A DNA stretch of 30,265 nt. It comes from a virus. Lineage: Duplodnaviria; Caudoviricetes. Below the pieces are notes generated by a model. The model made no database searches. It saw only the letters and a program-made list of their open reading frames with translations, and had not been told where the DNA came from. The translations under genes and the position numbers were made by a program. The stretch is from positions 1-30,265 of IMG/VR virus record IMGVR_UViG_3300005590_000064, one strand, 5' to 3'. Shown here piece by piece: positions 1 to 8,855 of this stretch (the first letter of the stretch is position 1; each line of letters begins with the position of its first letter).

Positions 1-323
1 GCGGGCCGGTTCTCTATTATGCGATCATATCTCCGGTGCGCTGGCAGGCGGAGCTGCTGGCCGTGACGGCGGAAGCCGGCGACCGGATCTGGGGGCACAA
101 TGGCGAGCGCGCGCGTAGCGATGTCGTCAGTAAACGCAATATCCTTGCCCGGCATGACACTTACGCCACGGCGGCCGCGGCGCTAAGCGCCACACGGCGC
201 GTGATGGCGGCCGAGAAGGCGAATGCCATGCAGGCCTGGCGCGCCTACCGCAATGCCGTGCGGGCGGGCGAGCGCGCGATCGCGGCGGCGGCCGAGGCAA
301 GGGCCATCAGGAGGGCAGGCTGA
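1..323 (+). CDS. Hypothetical phage protein, 5'-truncated by the window edge
   Basis: The frame of ORF 36..323 is open back to position 3. Its stop overlaps the next start (TGATG at 321-325). Ala/Arg-rich and helical. Confidence 0.6.
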   Translation, partial: GPVLYYAIISPVRWQAELLAVTAEAGDRIWGHNGERARSDVVSKRNILARHDTYATAAAALSATRRVMAAEKANAMQAWRAYRNAVRAGERAIAAAAEARAIRRAG

Positions 324-721
324 TGGGAGAGGCAAACCAACAGAAAGAACGGCGTGATCGCACTCGCCGGATTGCCGAGGAGTTGATCCGGGAAGTCGAT
401 ATAGGGATGACGGTAAAGTTCCCCGAAGACGGCATGCGGAAATCCTATGTCTTCTACAATTCGCTGCTGGTGGTTCTGGAGGGAATGTCCCTGCATACCG
501 GTGGAATGCGCTCCAAGGAAATGGCGGTGGCCGTTGGCTATCTGATGACGGACGTTTTTAGCGGGATCGCTCAGGCGACCAGTCTGGAATATGCGGAAAA
601 TCTACGGAAGGGAGTGCTTGAGCATCTGGCGCGGCAGGACCTGACAGGAAACTCGAACATTGCCGGGTTTTCCAAGGACGCCGTAGCTGAGCACTTCAAG
701 CCAAAGAAGGACGCAGGCTGA
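323..721 (+). CDS. Hypothetical phage protein (132 aa)
   Basis: TGATG coupling at both ends; AGGAGGG upstream. Confidence 0.75.
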   Translation: MGEANQQKERRDRTRRIAEELIREVDIGMTVKFPEDGMRKSYVFYNSLLVVLEGMSLHTGGMRSKEMAVAVGYLMTDVFSGIAQATSLEYAENLRKGVLEHLARQDLTGNSNIAGFSKDAVAEHFKPKKDAG

Positions 722-849
722 TGGCGCGTAATCCCAAGGATCATCGCGAACTGAAGGACAGCGACTATGCCGTGCTCGGCAAGAAGGTCGCGGCGGCCTA
801 TGGATCTGCGCTGAAGCCGAAACCTGTGTTCCGGAGGAAGGGGCGATGA
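721..849 (+). CDS. Small basic hypothetical protein (42 aa, MARNPKDHRELKDSDYAVLGKKVAAAYGSALKPKPVFRRKGR), not in the ORF track
   Basis: Hand-translated. ATG 721 overlaps the upstream TGA, and its stop overlaps the ASCH start (ATGA at 846-849), so it fills the gap exactly. Confidence 0.7.
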   Translation: MARNPKDHRELKDSDYAVLGKKVAAAYGSALKPKPVFRRKGR

Positions 850-1355
850 CGTATTATATTGGTTTGCCCTACCGTGCCTTGTCTGTGAGACAGCCTTGGG
901 CTTGGGCGATTATCCATGGGGGCAAGGATATCGAAAACCGTGGCCGGGCGCCGGAGGGCGCAAAGCACCTGATTGGCAAGCGCTTTATGATCCATGCTTC
1001 CGGGGGGATGCTGCGCAAGGAATATAATGCAGCCGCAGAGTTCATGGCGTCGATAAACGTTAAGTGTCCGAGGCCTGAAGACTTGGTGCGTGGTGCCCTG
1101 GTCGGTCATGTTGCCCTTCAGGGTATCGTTAGCGAGAGTGAAAGTGACTGGTTCTTTGGTCCGCGTGGGCTTGTGTTAACTGATCCACGTGAAATTGATC
1201 CGGTTCCAGTCGTGGGTTGTCTCGGTTTTTACGATTGGCGTGCACGGATAGGTGGCGAAAAGCGGTCTCCTGATCGCTGGATGCTGCACTGGCCGCATAA
1301 GGCTGGGCGCCGGGCTAAAGTTCTGGTGGAGCCTGAGCAGGAGCGCCTGCTATGA
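846..1355 (+). CDS. ASCH (PUA-like) domain protein
   Basis: Signature ALSVRQPWAWAIIHGGKDIENR, then FMIHAS, RGALVG and WFFGP, typical of phage ASCH proteins. Confidence 0.9.
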   Translation: MTYYIGLPYRALSVRQPWAWAIIHGGKDIENRGRAPEGAKHLIGKRFMIHASGGMLRKEYNAAAEFMASINVKCPRPEDLVRGALVGHVALQGIVSESESDWFFGPRGLVLTDPREIDPVPVVGCLGFYDWRARIGGEKRSPDRWMLHWPHKAGRRAKVLVEPEQERLL

Positions 1356-2443
1356 GCGTTGCGCTGATCAAGTCGGCTGCCCTGGCACGGATCCGGGATC
1401 TGGTCCTGGTGCCGGCACTGGGGCTGGACGATGGCCGGGCGGACGGCATCCACTGGAAATGCCGCAATCCTCAGCGGGCGGATCGTGAGATTGGCAGCTT
1501 TGTGGTCGATATAGGCGGCAAGGCGGTGGGCCGGTTCAAGGATTTCGCCAGCGATGATGGCGGCGATGTGATCGATCTGGTCTCCTATTGTCTGGAAGGG
1601 CCGGGGCGTTACAAGACCCGTGAGGCGCGCGGCGCGGCGATTGCCTGGCTGGCAGACTGGACCGGCATGGGCGAGGCGCGCCCTGGCGGCGCAGGCCTCA
1701 GTGACGCAGAAAAGGCGCGCCGTGAAGCCGAGATTGCGGCTCAGCGTGCGGCGCGGGAAGAGGCAGAATTCCGCGAGCGCGACGACAAGGCACGCCGGGC
1801 GCATAGCTGGTGGCTGAGGCATGGCATCGCCATCAAGGGCACGCCGATTGAAACCTATATCGAAAAAGCGCGCGGGGTTCCGCTAAGTGCCGTCCCCCTG
1901 ACAGGAGCCATCCGCGCGCTTAGGCCCAGCGGGGAAAATCCCCGCTGGGCCATGTTTTCCGCCATGGCGCGTGACAGCAAAATCCGCGCCGTCCATTTGA
2001 CCTATCTGACCCCGGATGGCCGCAAGGCGGGCGTCGACCCGGCCAAGAAAATGTGGGGCGATGTGCGCGGCTCTGTCGTGCGGATCTCCAAGGGCAAGCT
2101 GAACGTGTCTCCGGAGCGGGCCGCGAAGACGGGCAAGACCGCAACCGTGGCGCTGTGCGAAGGCATCGAGGACGGTTTGACGATGGCCTTTCTGTATCCG
2201 GACTGGATGGTCTGGGCGGCTGGCAGCGTTTCAAACATGGCGGCCGTGGCAGAGGCGGGCTGGCCGCCCTGCGCGGACGATATGGTTCTGGTGGCCGACA
2301 ATGACGCTGAAGGCAGTGCCGGCGAGAAATCTTTTGAACGGGCGGTCAATGCCTTCCTCAATGTCAGTGAAGGCCGCTGTGTCCGTACCCTGAAACCGTC
2401 CGATGTGAAGGACATCAATGATGCCTGGAGGGCAAGTGCATGA
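1352..2443 (+). CDS. DNA primase, Toprim type, with a degenerate N-terminal Zn-ribbon-like domain
   Basis: N-terminal GRFKDFASDDGGDVIDL; RAVHLTYL..DGRKA; AKKMWG; Toprim motifs VALCEGIEDGL, LVADND and KDIND. Confidence 0.88.
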   Translation: MSVALIKSAALARIRDLVLVPALGLDDGRADGIHWKCRNPQRADREIGSFVVDIGGKAVGRFKDFASDDGGDVIDLVSYCLEGPGRYKTREARGAAIAWLADWTGMGEARPGGAGLSDAEKARREAEIAAQRAAREEAEFRERDDKARRAHSWWLRHGIAIKGTPIETYIEKARGVPLSAVPLTGAIRALRPSGENPRWAMFSAMARDSKIRAVHLTYLTPDGRKAGVDPAKKMWGDVRGSVVRISKGKLNVSPERAAKTGKTATVALCEGIEDGLTMAFLYPDWMVWAAGSVSNMAAVAEAGWPPCADDMVLVADNDAEGSAGEKSFERAVNAFLNVSEGRCVRTLKPSDVKDINDAWRASA

Positions 2444-3012
2444 GCAAGAAAGAACAAGCGGCTGTGGACGTGCCCGGCTGGGCGGCGCAGCAGGATTGGG
2501 TGATGCGCATTCCCGTGATGCAGCAATCGGTGCTGTTCTCTGCGGTGCGCGGGCCGGACAATGTGGCCAAGACGCATCCGGTGAAAGTGCTGATGCGCTG
2601 GTATCGTCGCTGCGTGCTGGTGTCGGCCTTTGACCGCCGCGCGCTGCTGGATCCGTTCGAGATTGGCGGGGGCAGTTTTACAGGGCCTTTCACGGATGAT
2701 CTGGCTGTCGAAATTCTGGGCGAGAAGCCGCGTGGGTCACAGGGCCAGCGCAAGGCCCTGGACGCGATGCGGGCGGTGTATCTGGGGCATGTCGATGAGC
2801 TGCCGCATCATTTTCAGCTTCACTTCATGCATGCGGCGCAGATTGTCGGTGTGCATCACAGCGAGCCCTGGATCCGCGAATGGTGGAAGGATTTCTACCT
2901 GATGATTGTGGATGACGCGCACCTGCAGCCGGAAAGCGATGACGACATGAACCGCCGGCTTTCCGACAATGAACCGGACTGGGCCGCCCGTGAAACAACG
3001 GCGGCGAGATAG
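2440..3012 (+). CDS. Hypothetical phage protein with a His cluster (190 aa)
   Basis: ATGA coupling to the primase; protein-like composition; motif DELPHHFQLHFMHAAQIVGVHH. Confidence 0.8.
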   Translation: MSKKEQAAVDVPGWAAQQDWVMRIPVMQQSVLFSAVRGPDNVAKTHPVKVLMRWYRRCVLVSAFDRRALLDPFEIGGGSFTGPFTDDLAVEILGEKPRGSQGQRKALDAMRAVYLGHVDELPHHFQLHFMHAAQIVGVHHSEPWIREWWKDFYLMIVDDAHLQPESDDDMNRRLSDNEPDWAARETTAAR

Positions 3013-3021
3013 GAGGGCGAG

Positions 3022-3522
3022 ATGGCGGCTGTGTATCGACTTGCATCGGGCCCGGATGATGGCTGGGATAGCGATCCGCGTACGGAGGCGCTGCGCGAGC
3101 GGATCGAGGATCTGGAATACGAGCTTGCCGATGCGCGGGGCGAAACGGTTGAGGGGGATCTCTATCCAAGTCCATGGGGAACTAGGTTCACCCCAGGTAT
3201 GCGAAAAGTCATCAATATTCTGGCGAGTGCCGCCCCGAAGCGTCTGATGTGGTGGGATATCCAGTCGCGATTGTATGGGGATGAGGAGCGGGTCAGCAAA
3301 ATTGCAGATAATTATATCTGCAGGGCGCGGCCTCTGCTTGGGCTTTTGGGGTTGCGGATTGAAACGGACTGGGGCGTCGGGCGCTACATGACCCGGGAGG
3401 ATGCCGAAAAATGGCGTCGCTGGTGCCGGATGACGCACCAGGGCGAGCCGCCCGCAGCCGATTACCCTCTAAAGCTAAAGTTCGGCTGGCTCGGCGAAAC
3501 GTATGGGCCGTATTATGGCTGA
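3022..3522 (+). CDS. OmpR/CtrA-type winged-helix DNA-binding protein lacking a receiver domain
   Basis: AGGAGG SD. RLYGDEERVSKIADNYICRARPLL..IETDWGVG resembles the CtrA C-terminal HLYG..KIIDVFICKLRKKL..IETVWGRG. N-terminal coiled coil LRERIEDLEYELA. Confidence 0.78.
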   Translation: MAAVYRLASGPDDGWDSDPRTEALRERIEDLEYELADARGETVEGDLYPSPWGTRFTPGMRKVINILASAAPKRLMWWDIQSRLYGDEERVSKIADNYICRARPLLGLLGLRIETDWGVGRYMTREDAEKWRRWCRMTHQGEPPAADYPLKLKFGWLGETYGPYYG

Positions 3523-5437
3523 GGATAATGTCACCGATCTGGAGGCGCGCCGTCTGAAGACGCGCGCAAAGCTGGGCGAGCCGAAGGACACGACGGCGCA
3601 GATTGCCCAGCAGATCCGCAATTATCGCGCCGGCAAGCAATTGTTCGGCCTGCCGCCGCAAAGGGGCAATCCGCCTACGGATCCTGCCACGGGCCTGCCG
3701 AAGAATTGCCCGGTCAAACCGCTCGGCCGGGAAGGGGATGTATTCTATTTCCTGAATGCGGCGGGCGGCCTGGGCGAGCTGACGCCATCGGCCAGCGGGA
3801 AGGGCCATATCGATGCGCTGTTTTCCGGCGCGTGGCCCTATCTGCTGTGGGCCTGGGGGCGGGTAAAGTGGCTGAAGGGCGGCGTTCCCCTGGATCAGGA
3901 GAATTATGACGCGGAGAAAGTCCGTGCAGCGCTGTTTGATGCGGCGACGGCCAAAGGGGCCTGGAATGATGTGGACATGGTGCGCGGCCGTGGGGCCTGG
4001 ATTGGCGCGAAGGGCGAGCTGATCCTGCACCTGGGCGACCATCTTCTGATCGATGGCAAGGAACGGGTCGAATGCGGCGAGCGCGACGGGTTCCTCTATC
4101 CCGGCCGTCCGCCGGTGCCGGGACCGGCAGTAGAGCCGTGCCTGGAAGGGCCGGAGAACGGCGCAGAGAAATTGCTGACCCTGTTCCGCAGCTGGCATTG
4201 GGGCCGTCCGGAGATTGACCCGCTGCTGCTGCTGGGATGGGTGGCGCTGGCCATGGTGGGCGGGGCTATCAACTGGCGCTCCACCATCTTTGTGACGGGC
4301 GATGCCTCGACCGGGAAATCCACGCTGCAAAAGGCCGTCTTTGCCGCGCTGGGCGGGGCGGTGGTGCATGCGGTGGATACGACGGCGGCCGGCATCTATC
4401 AGCGCCTGAAGCAGGACACCCTGCCAGTGATGGTGGACGAGCTGGAGAGCGACACGGGCAGCAGCAAGAAGCGCGCGATCATCGAGCTGGCGCGGGTGGC
4501 CAATAGCGGCGGCAAGATGCTGCGCGGCGGGCAGGACCATAATGGCCAGGAATTCAATCTGCGCTCTGCCTTTCTGTTTTCGTCCATCAATGCGCCGCCC
4601 CTGCAACCGCAGGACCGCAGCCGGATGGGCATGCTGAACCTGAAGGAGCTGCAGAAGCTGGAAGGGCGCGGCGTTGTGGACCTCAGCGAGGTGCATTTGT
4701 GGGGACGGCAGATGTTCCGCCGGATCCTGACCTGGTGGCCGAAGCTGCAGGCCCTGCGCGAAGAGGTGAATGCCTGGCTGATCGAGGATGCCGGACATGA
4801 CGGGCGCGGGGCGGACACGTTCGGATCCCTGATCGCGTTCGCACACGCGGCCCTGCACGATACGACGCCAACGGATGAGGAGCTGGCCTGGTGGTGCGAC
4901 CGGATGAAAGCCACGCAATTGTCTGAAATGGAAAGCCGCACGGCAAACTGGAAACTGTGTTTGCGCAAGCTGTTGCAGTCGCGGCCGGATGCGCTGCGCA
5001 CGGCGGCCCACAAGACCGTTGGCGCGCTGCTGCAGCAATTCATACCGGGCGAGCATAATGACAACTCAGCCTGCGATGTGGGCTGGCTGCGCAGCAAGCT
5101 GGCAGAGGTGGGCCTGGGCCTGAGCGGGCCCAAGCGGGGGCGGGCCGATTATCGCCATTTCTGGCTGTTCGTGCCGAATGATCATGCGTCCCTGACGCCC
5201 CTGTTTGATGGCTCCAAATGGCAAAGCGAAGCCGGCGCGCCCGGCGTGTGGACCGATGCGCTGCGCCAGGCCCCGCGCTGGGATGACCAGTTGAAAACAG
5301 GCGTCTACCGGCAGGGCAATGGCCGGGTGGGCGGCATGGCCCTGCGCGGCACGCTGCTGCGCCTGGAAGTATTGTTCGAGGCGGTGGGTGATGCCGCGAT
5401 GGACGGATCTGCAGACCTGGAGGAAGACGATGGATAA
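3515..5437 (+). CDS. Replicative helicase, superfamily 3 (partner of the Toprim primase)
   Basis: Walker A GDASTGKST, Walker B VMVDE, motif C FSSIN, Arg-finger-like QDRSR. Start is either 3503 or 3515. Confidence 0.85.
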   Translation: MAEDNVTDLEARRLKTRAKLGEPKDTTAQIAQQIRNYRAGKQLFGLPPQRGNPPTDPATGLPKNCPVKPLGREGDVFYFLNAAGGLGELTPSASGKGHIDALFSGAWPYLLWAWGRVKWLKGGVPLDQENYDAEKVRAALFDAATAKGAWNDVDMVRGRGAWIGAKGELILHLGDHLLIDGKERVECGERDGFLYPGRPPVPGPAVEPCLEGPENGAEKLLTLFRSWHWGRPEIDPLLLLGWVALAMVGGAINWRSTIFVTGDASTGKSTLQKAVFAALGGAVVHAVDTTAAGIYQRLKQDTLPVMVDELESDTGSSKKRAIIELARVANSGGKMLRGGQDHNGQEFNLRSAFLFSSINAPPLQPQDRSRMGMLNLKELQKLEGRGVVDLSEVHLWGRQMFRRILTWWPKLQALREEVNAWLIEDAGHDGRGADTFGSLIAFAHAALHDTTPTDEELAWWCDRMKATQLSEMESRTANWKLCLRKLLQSRPDALRTAAHKTVGALLQQFIPGEHNDNSACDVGWLRSKLAEVGLGLSGPKRGRADYRHFWLFVPNDHASLTPLFDGSKWQSEAGAPGVWTDALRQAPRWDDQLKTGVYRQGNGRVGGMALRGTLLRLEVLFEAVGDAAMDGSADLEEDDG

Positions 5438-5762
5438 GGCAGATGAAGCGGCCGGTCGGCTGATCAGTGAGCTGATGGAGCTGGCGCAGGCGGGGCGGGA
5501 AGGCGTCAAGGGCGACTGGGCCCGGATGAAAATGGCGATGGACGGCGCGGCCATGGATCTGCGCGAGGCGCTGACGCCGCATGGTGACCCGGTCTTCGTG
5601 CAAGTCGCTCCGAACCGGCGACCCTATCAATGCCTGCTGCTGTCGTTCGAATACTGGCGCGCGCGCGGATGTGTGCCCGGCTCTGCAAGCTGGGCGGCCG
5701 TGATGGGGGCCGGCGAGGCCTGCGGTGAGGCGATCCTGGAACATGCGAGGAGGGCGACATGA
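5430..5762 (+). CDS. Hypothetical protein (MDKADEAAGRL...)
   Basis: ATG 5430 follows GGAGG and overlaps the helicase stop; in frame with ORF 5319..5762; ATGA coupling downstream. Confidence 0.7.
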   Translation: MDKADEAAGRLISELMELAQAGREGVKGDWARMKMAMDGAAMDLREALTPHGDPVFVQVAPNRRPYQCLLLSFEYWRARGCVPGSASWAAVMGAGEACGEAILEHARRAT

Positions 5763-6061
5763 GCGCGCTGGTCTTCTATCGCGATGTGCGGGCCCTGACC
5801 CGTCGTCTGACGGACATGGAAGCCTATGGCCGCAGTGTCGCGCCACAGGTCGAGCTGGCCCATGACGCCCTGAAAACGCGCCTGGAGGCGGGGCATGGTG
5901 CGGGCGAGGCCTGCTTTCACCTGACCCTGGCCCTGTCCACGCTGGTGAGCGAGTGGCGCAAGACCGGGGAGATGAAAATCCTGGGCGTAGCCTGCATCCT
6001 CGGGCGGATCATAGAAGATGAGGCGGACGCGGCGGCTGCCGCGCTGCTGAGGGCGATCTGA
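5759..6061 (+). CDS. Hypothetical protein (100 aa)
   Basis: GAGGAGG SD; ATGA and TGATG coupling at the two ends. Confidence 0.72.
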   Translation: MSALVFYRDVRALTRRLTDMEAYGRSVAPQVELAHDALKTRLEAGHGAGEACFHLTLALSTLVSEWRKTGEMKILGVACILGRIIEDEADAAAAALLRAI

Positions 6062-6405
6062 TGCAGGGCGGCGAGATCTTCCGAACCGCAAAGGCGTTCT
6101 GCGAGGCCCCGGCAAATCCGTCGTGTGCGGAACAGCTGGAGCTTTCGCGCCGCACGGCACGCCTGGACGGCTGGCTGCAGCACTGGCCGCCCGCCTGGAA
6201 GGATTTCGCCGGCGATGCCTGGCAGGCCATGCACAACGCCCTGCAGGCGCAAGGCGATATCCGCAGGGCCCATGCGGCCGTGCTGGAAACCTATCTTGAC
6301 CGGCTGTCGGCCGCCCGCCGTGCGGCCGCCCGGCCATCCCGAAAACCCTCCCGGCTGACGCCTCGGCCGGAGGAACTGCCCCCGCAATGGTGGCAGAGAG
6401 ATTGA
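6061..6405 (+). CDS. Hypothetical protein (114 aa)
   Basis: TGATG coupling; last gene of the coupled run. Confidence 0.65.
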   Translation: MQGGEIFRTAKAFCEAPANPSCAEQLELSRRTARLDGWLQHWPPAWKDFAGDAWQAMHNALQAQGDIRRAHAAVLETYLDRLSAARRAAARPSRKPSRLTPRPEELPPQWWQRD

Positions 6406-6430
6406 TTGAGGCAAATGAAAGGATACGATA

Positions 6431-7366
6431 ATGAGCCTAGATGAAACTGCTATGGCTTCCGCTGTGTTTGGTGGAACGCAACCTTATTTTGGAACAAAAC
6501 GCATTGATGCCTGGCCTGAGGATCGCAATGGCGTGGGCGGAATGGGTGTGCGTTATCCTGACGGTTATGAAAGCTGGTCTCCGCTTGATGTCTTCGCGGA
6601 CGCCTATCAGCCTGTTTCAGCTCTAAGTTTTGGGCATGCGCTTGTCGCAGTGAAATCGGGCTATCGCATCGCGCGTTCAGACTGGAACGGAAAAGGTGCT
6701 TTTGTGGCCTACATGCCGCCGTTGCATCTGCCGCCATTCAACAGTCAGCACCCGGGGCAAAAGGTCAATGACCGGACAGCCAAATGGATCGGTAAGGATC
6801 AGCCGCTTGACTGTCAGCCCTATCTGGCGATGTACACAGCTGACAAGAAATGGGTGCCTGGCTGGCTTGCGTCCCAGACGGACATGCTTGCCAATGATTG
6901 GTATATTCTCGATGAGGTTGCGGCCCTGCCGGCTAAAGAGATTGAAGTTGCCCACGCGGCGGCCGCCCAGCCTGAGCAGGCCGAAGCCGTCGCGCCTGCG
7001 GGCAGTCTGACGGGGCGGCCGCTGCCGGGATCCGAGCCTGTCCAGGCCTCGGAAGGTGTGCAGGATGAGCCGCCTGAAATGGTGTCCGCCAAATCAGACG
7101 CGCCACAACTGGCCGCCGAAAAGGCCGTGCCCGAACCGTCCATTGGCCGGATCGTGCATGTGCGCAGTCAGTTTCCGGACCATCTGGGGGCAGACGTTGA
7201 GTATGCTGCGGCGATCATCACCAATGTCCGCTCGGGCTCATTGAATGTGGATCTGCATGTTATCCGCAATTGCGACTCGCCCATTTATCTGCCGGGCGTT
7301 CCCTATTCGGAAAATCGTGTTGCGGATGGCTATGCGGCGGCCTGGTCATGGCCACCGCGCGTCTGA
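6431..7366 (+). CDS. tad2: Tad2-like (DUF2829) anti-defence sponge domain fused to uncharacterised N- and C-terminal domains
   Basis: aa ~64-161 LSFGHALVAVKSGYRIARSDWNGKGAF...TADKKWVPGWLASQTDMLANDWYIL matches the Tad2/DUF2829 pattern (SFGxAL..R.GWNGK..TAD..W..SQTD.LA.DW). Own AAAGGA SD. Confidence 0.85.
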   Translation: MSLDETAMASAVFGGTQPYFGTKRIDAWPEDRNGVGGMGVRYPDGYESWSPLDVFADAYQPVSALSFGHALVAVKSGYRIARSDWNGKGAFVAYMPPLHLPPFNSQHPGQKVNDRTAKWIGKDQPLDCQPYLAMYTADKKWVPGWLASQTDMLANDWYILDEVAALPAKEIEVAHAAAAQPEQAEAVAPAGSLTGRPLPGSEPVQASEGVQDEPPEMVSAKSDAPQLAAEKAVPEPSIGRIVHVRSQFPDHLGADVEYAAAIITNVRSGSLNVDLHVIRNCDSPIYLPGVPYSENRVADGYAAAWSWPPRV

Positions 7367-7548
7367 CCGGGCCGAGGGGCCTGCCGCCATCGCGGCGGCG
7401 GGCCCTGCGCGCGGCCGAAGCCCGGGCCCGGCAAGAGCGCAAGGAAAAGACGGTCGTGACGCTGGATCTGGCGCAGGCGAAATTCTCCAGCGCCGGGTCA
7501 ATCGACTATGTGCGTTATGTCGAGCGTCAGGCCCCGATCGAGGCCTGA
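7348..7548 (+). CDS. Small basic hypothetical protein (66 aa, MATARLTG...)
   Basis: In-frame ATG within ORF 7270..7548, overlapping the tad2 3' end; stop abuts the convergent HTH gene stop. Confidence 0.5.
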   Translation: MATARLTGPRGLPPSRRRALRAAEARARQERKEKTVVTLDLAQAKFSSAGSIDYVRYVERQAPIEA

Positions 7549-7800
7549 TCAATCCAGCTGCAGCTGTTGCAGCAGGGCTTGCATGTCGAGCACCGATCGG
7601 GCGGCTTCGACCTGTTTCCGGTTGATCAGGCGATGCACCAGAAGCGCAGCGGCGGCCTTGGGCATGCCGGTGCGTTTCCAGTTTGTGACAGATTGCGCGC
7701 TCGCGCCGCCGGCCAGGCGGGCGATCTCCTTGTTGCTCATGTCCGGGGCTACCTGGTCCAGCAGCTTCCGGGTGTCGTCTTCAGTCAGGCGGTCTGCCAT
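7549..7800 (-). CDS. Cro/CI-type HTH DNA-binding protein (83 aa)
   Basis: SNKEIARLAGGASAQSVTNWKRTGMP helix-turn-helix; AAAGGGA SD on the minus strand. Confidence 0.78.
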   Translation of the reverse strand: MADRLTEDDTRKLLDQVAPDMSNKEIARLAGGASAQSVTNWKRTGMPKAAAALLVHRLINRKQVEAARSVLDMQALLQQLQLD

Positions 7801-7871
7801 TGTGCGAATCCCTTTGAGTGACTAGTGAGAGATTGGCCTTTCTGCGTGCCTCCACGGCGTGAGGAAGGCAA

Positions 7872-7911
7872 GGGCCCCGGCAGCCTCTTGGTCGATGTGC
7901 TGCCGGGGTCC
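7872..7911 (-). terminator. GC-rich hairpin just downstream of the membrane-protein gene (terminator or processing site)
   Basis: GGGCCCCGGCAGC (7872-7884) and GCTGCCGGGGTCC (7899-7911) form a 13-bp stem with one mismatch; only a weak U-tract follows. Confidence 0.5.
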
Positions 7912-7916
7912 GCTTG

Positions 7917-8855
7917 TTACCAGTCGCTGGAGTGTACCAGGATCGGCCCTTTAAAATGCGGCCGGTCGGCCATCAGGTCCCGTTCCAGTTTTTCCCAGAA
8001 TTCCGGTGTCTCCTCGTCTGCGGCCGGCGCAGGCTCCGGCTCGGCCGGTTTCGCCGGCTTCGCCTTGGCCCGTTCGAGCCGGGCCTGGGCGTTGATCCGG
8101 TCGATCTTCGCCTTTTCCTTGCGGTCCTGTTCGGCCTGCCAGTCAGCGAGGGCCTTGCGGTGCATATGGCCCGCGATGCCTTCGATCGTTGCAAAGGCGA
8201 TGGCAAGCGCCACCTGCAGCGCGCCGGACAGGATCCAGATCAGCTGATCATCGTACAGATCCGGCCGGGCGGGTTGCGGATGGGCCGCGTCCCAGCTGGC
8301 CAGTTCGGCCCTGGCTGTTTCCAGCTCGGGCGCGATTTCGGCCCGCTGGACCTTCCAGGCCTCCGTGCGCGCGGCGGTCGTCTGGGGGCCTGGCTGGTCG
8401 CTGAGGTCCAGAACGATGGCGTCAAGCCTCGCCTGGGCCGCTGTGACGGCCGCCAGGGGCGTTTGCCGAGCCTGTGCATGGCTGGCAATGGCCGCGTCCC
8501 AGGCGGGCTGTGTGGCCGTTTCCTCGTATCGCTGGAAGGCGATAGAGAGGCCGATACAGTCCACCGCGCCGAACACGATGATAATCGCGCCCAGCAGGGC
8601 CCGGCTGAACCCGCCCGCCCGGCTGAACAGGCCGATGACGGCCGGCGTGACCAGGGCGGACGCGCCGAACACAGCGCCGATGAACACCGCAAAGAAGCGG
8701 TTGATCGGCCAGAGCGGCACGGCCCACTGAACGACGGAAAACGCGCCCAGGAGGACGCAGACGATGTAGAGGACGAGCTTGACGCCGATCAGGCGCGGCC
8801 GCGTCGGCCTCTGCGATTTGGTGCCCTTGCGGGCACCCTTTGAGCGTAGGGGCAT
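7917..8855 (-). CDS. Membrane protein (about 4 TM helices plus a coiled coil); possible superinfection-exclusion or lysogenic gene
   Basis: Basic N-terminus, three hydrophobic helices, coiled coil, a fourth helix LIWILSGALQVALAIAF and a charged tail; GGAG SD 8 nt upstream. Function is inference. Confidence 0.8.
   Translation of the reverse strand: MPLRSKGARKGTKSQRPTRPRLIGVKLVLYIVCVLLGAFSVVQWAVPLWPINRFFAVFIGAVFGASALVTPAVIGLFSRAGGFSRALLGAIIIVFGAVDCIGLSIAFQRYEETATQPAWDAAIASHAQARQTPLAAVTAAQARLDAIVLDLSDQPGPQTTAARTEAWKVQRAEIAPELETARAELASWDAAHPQPARPDLYDDQLIWILSGALQVALAIAFATIEGIAGHMHRKALADWQAEQDRKEKAKIDRINAQARLERAKAKPAKPAEPEPAPAADEETPEFWEKLERDLMADRPHFKGPILVHSSDW

Noticed and set aside
1335-1355. Sliding-clamp-binding-like motif QERLL at the ASCH C-terminus (also TLDLF in TerS and TADLF in the 1426-aa protein)
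   Set aside because: Too short and degenerate to support without conservation data.
3293-5056. 587-aa minus-strand ORF
   Set aside because: Antisense shadow of the helicase gene; long shadow frames are expected at high GC, and it has no recognisable motifs.
7914-8843. 309-aa plus-strand ORF
   Set aside because: Shadow of the minus-strand membrane gene, which has the SD, promoter and TM pattern.
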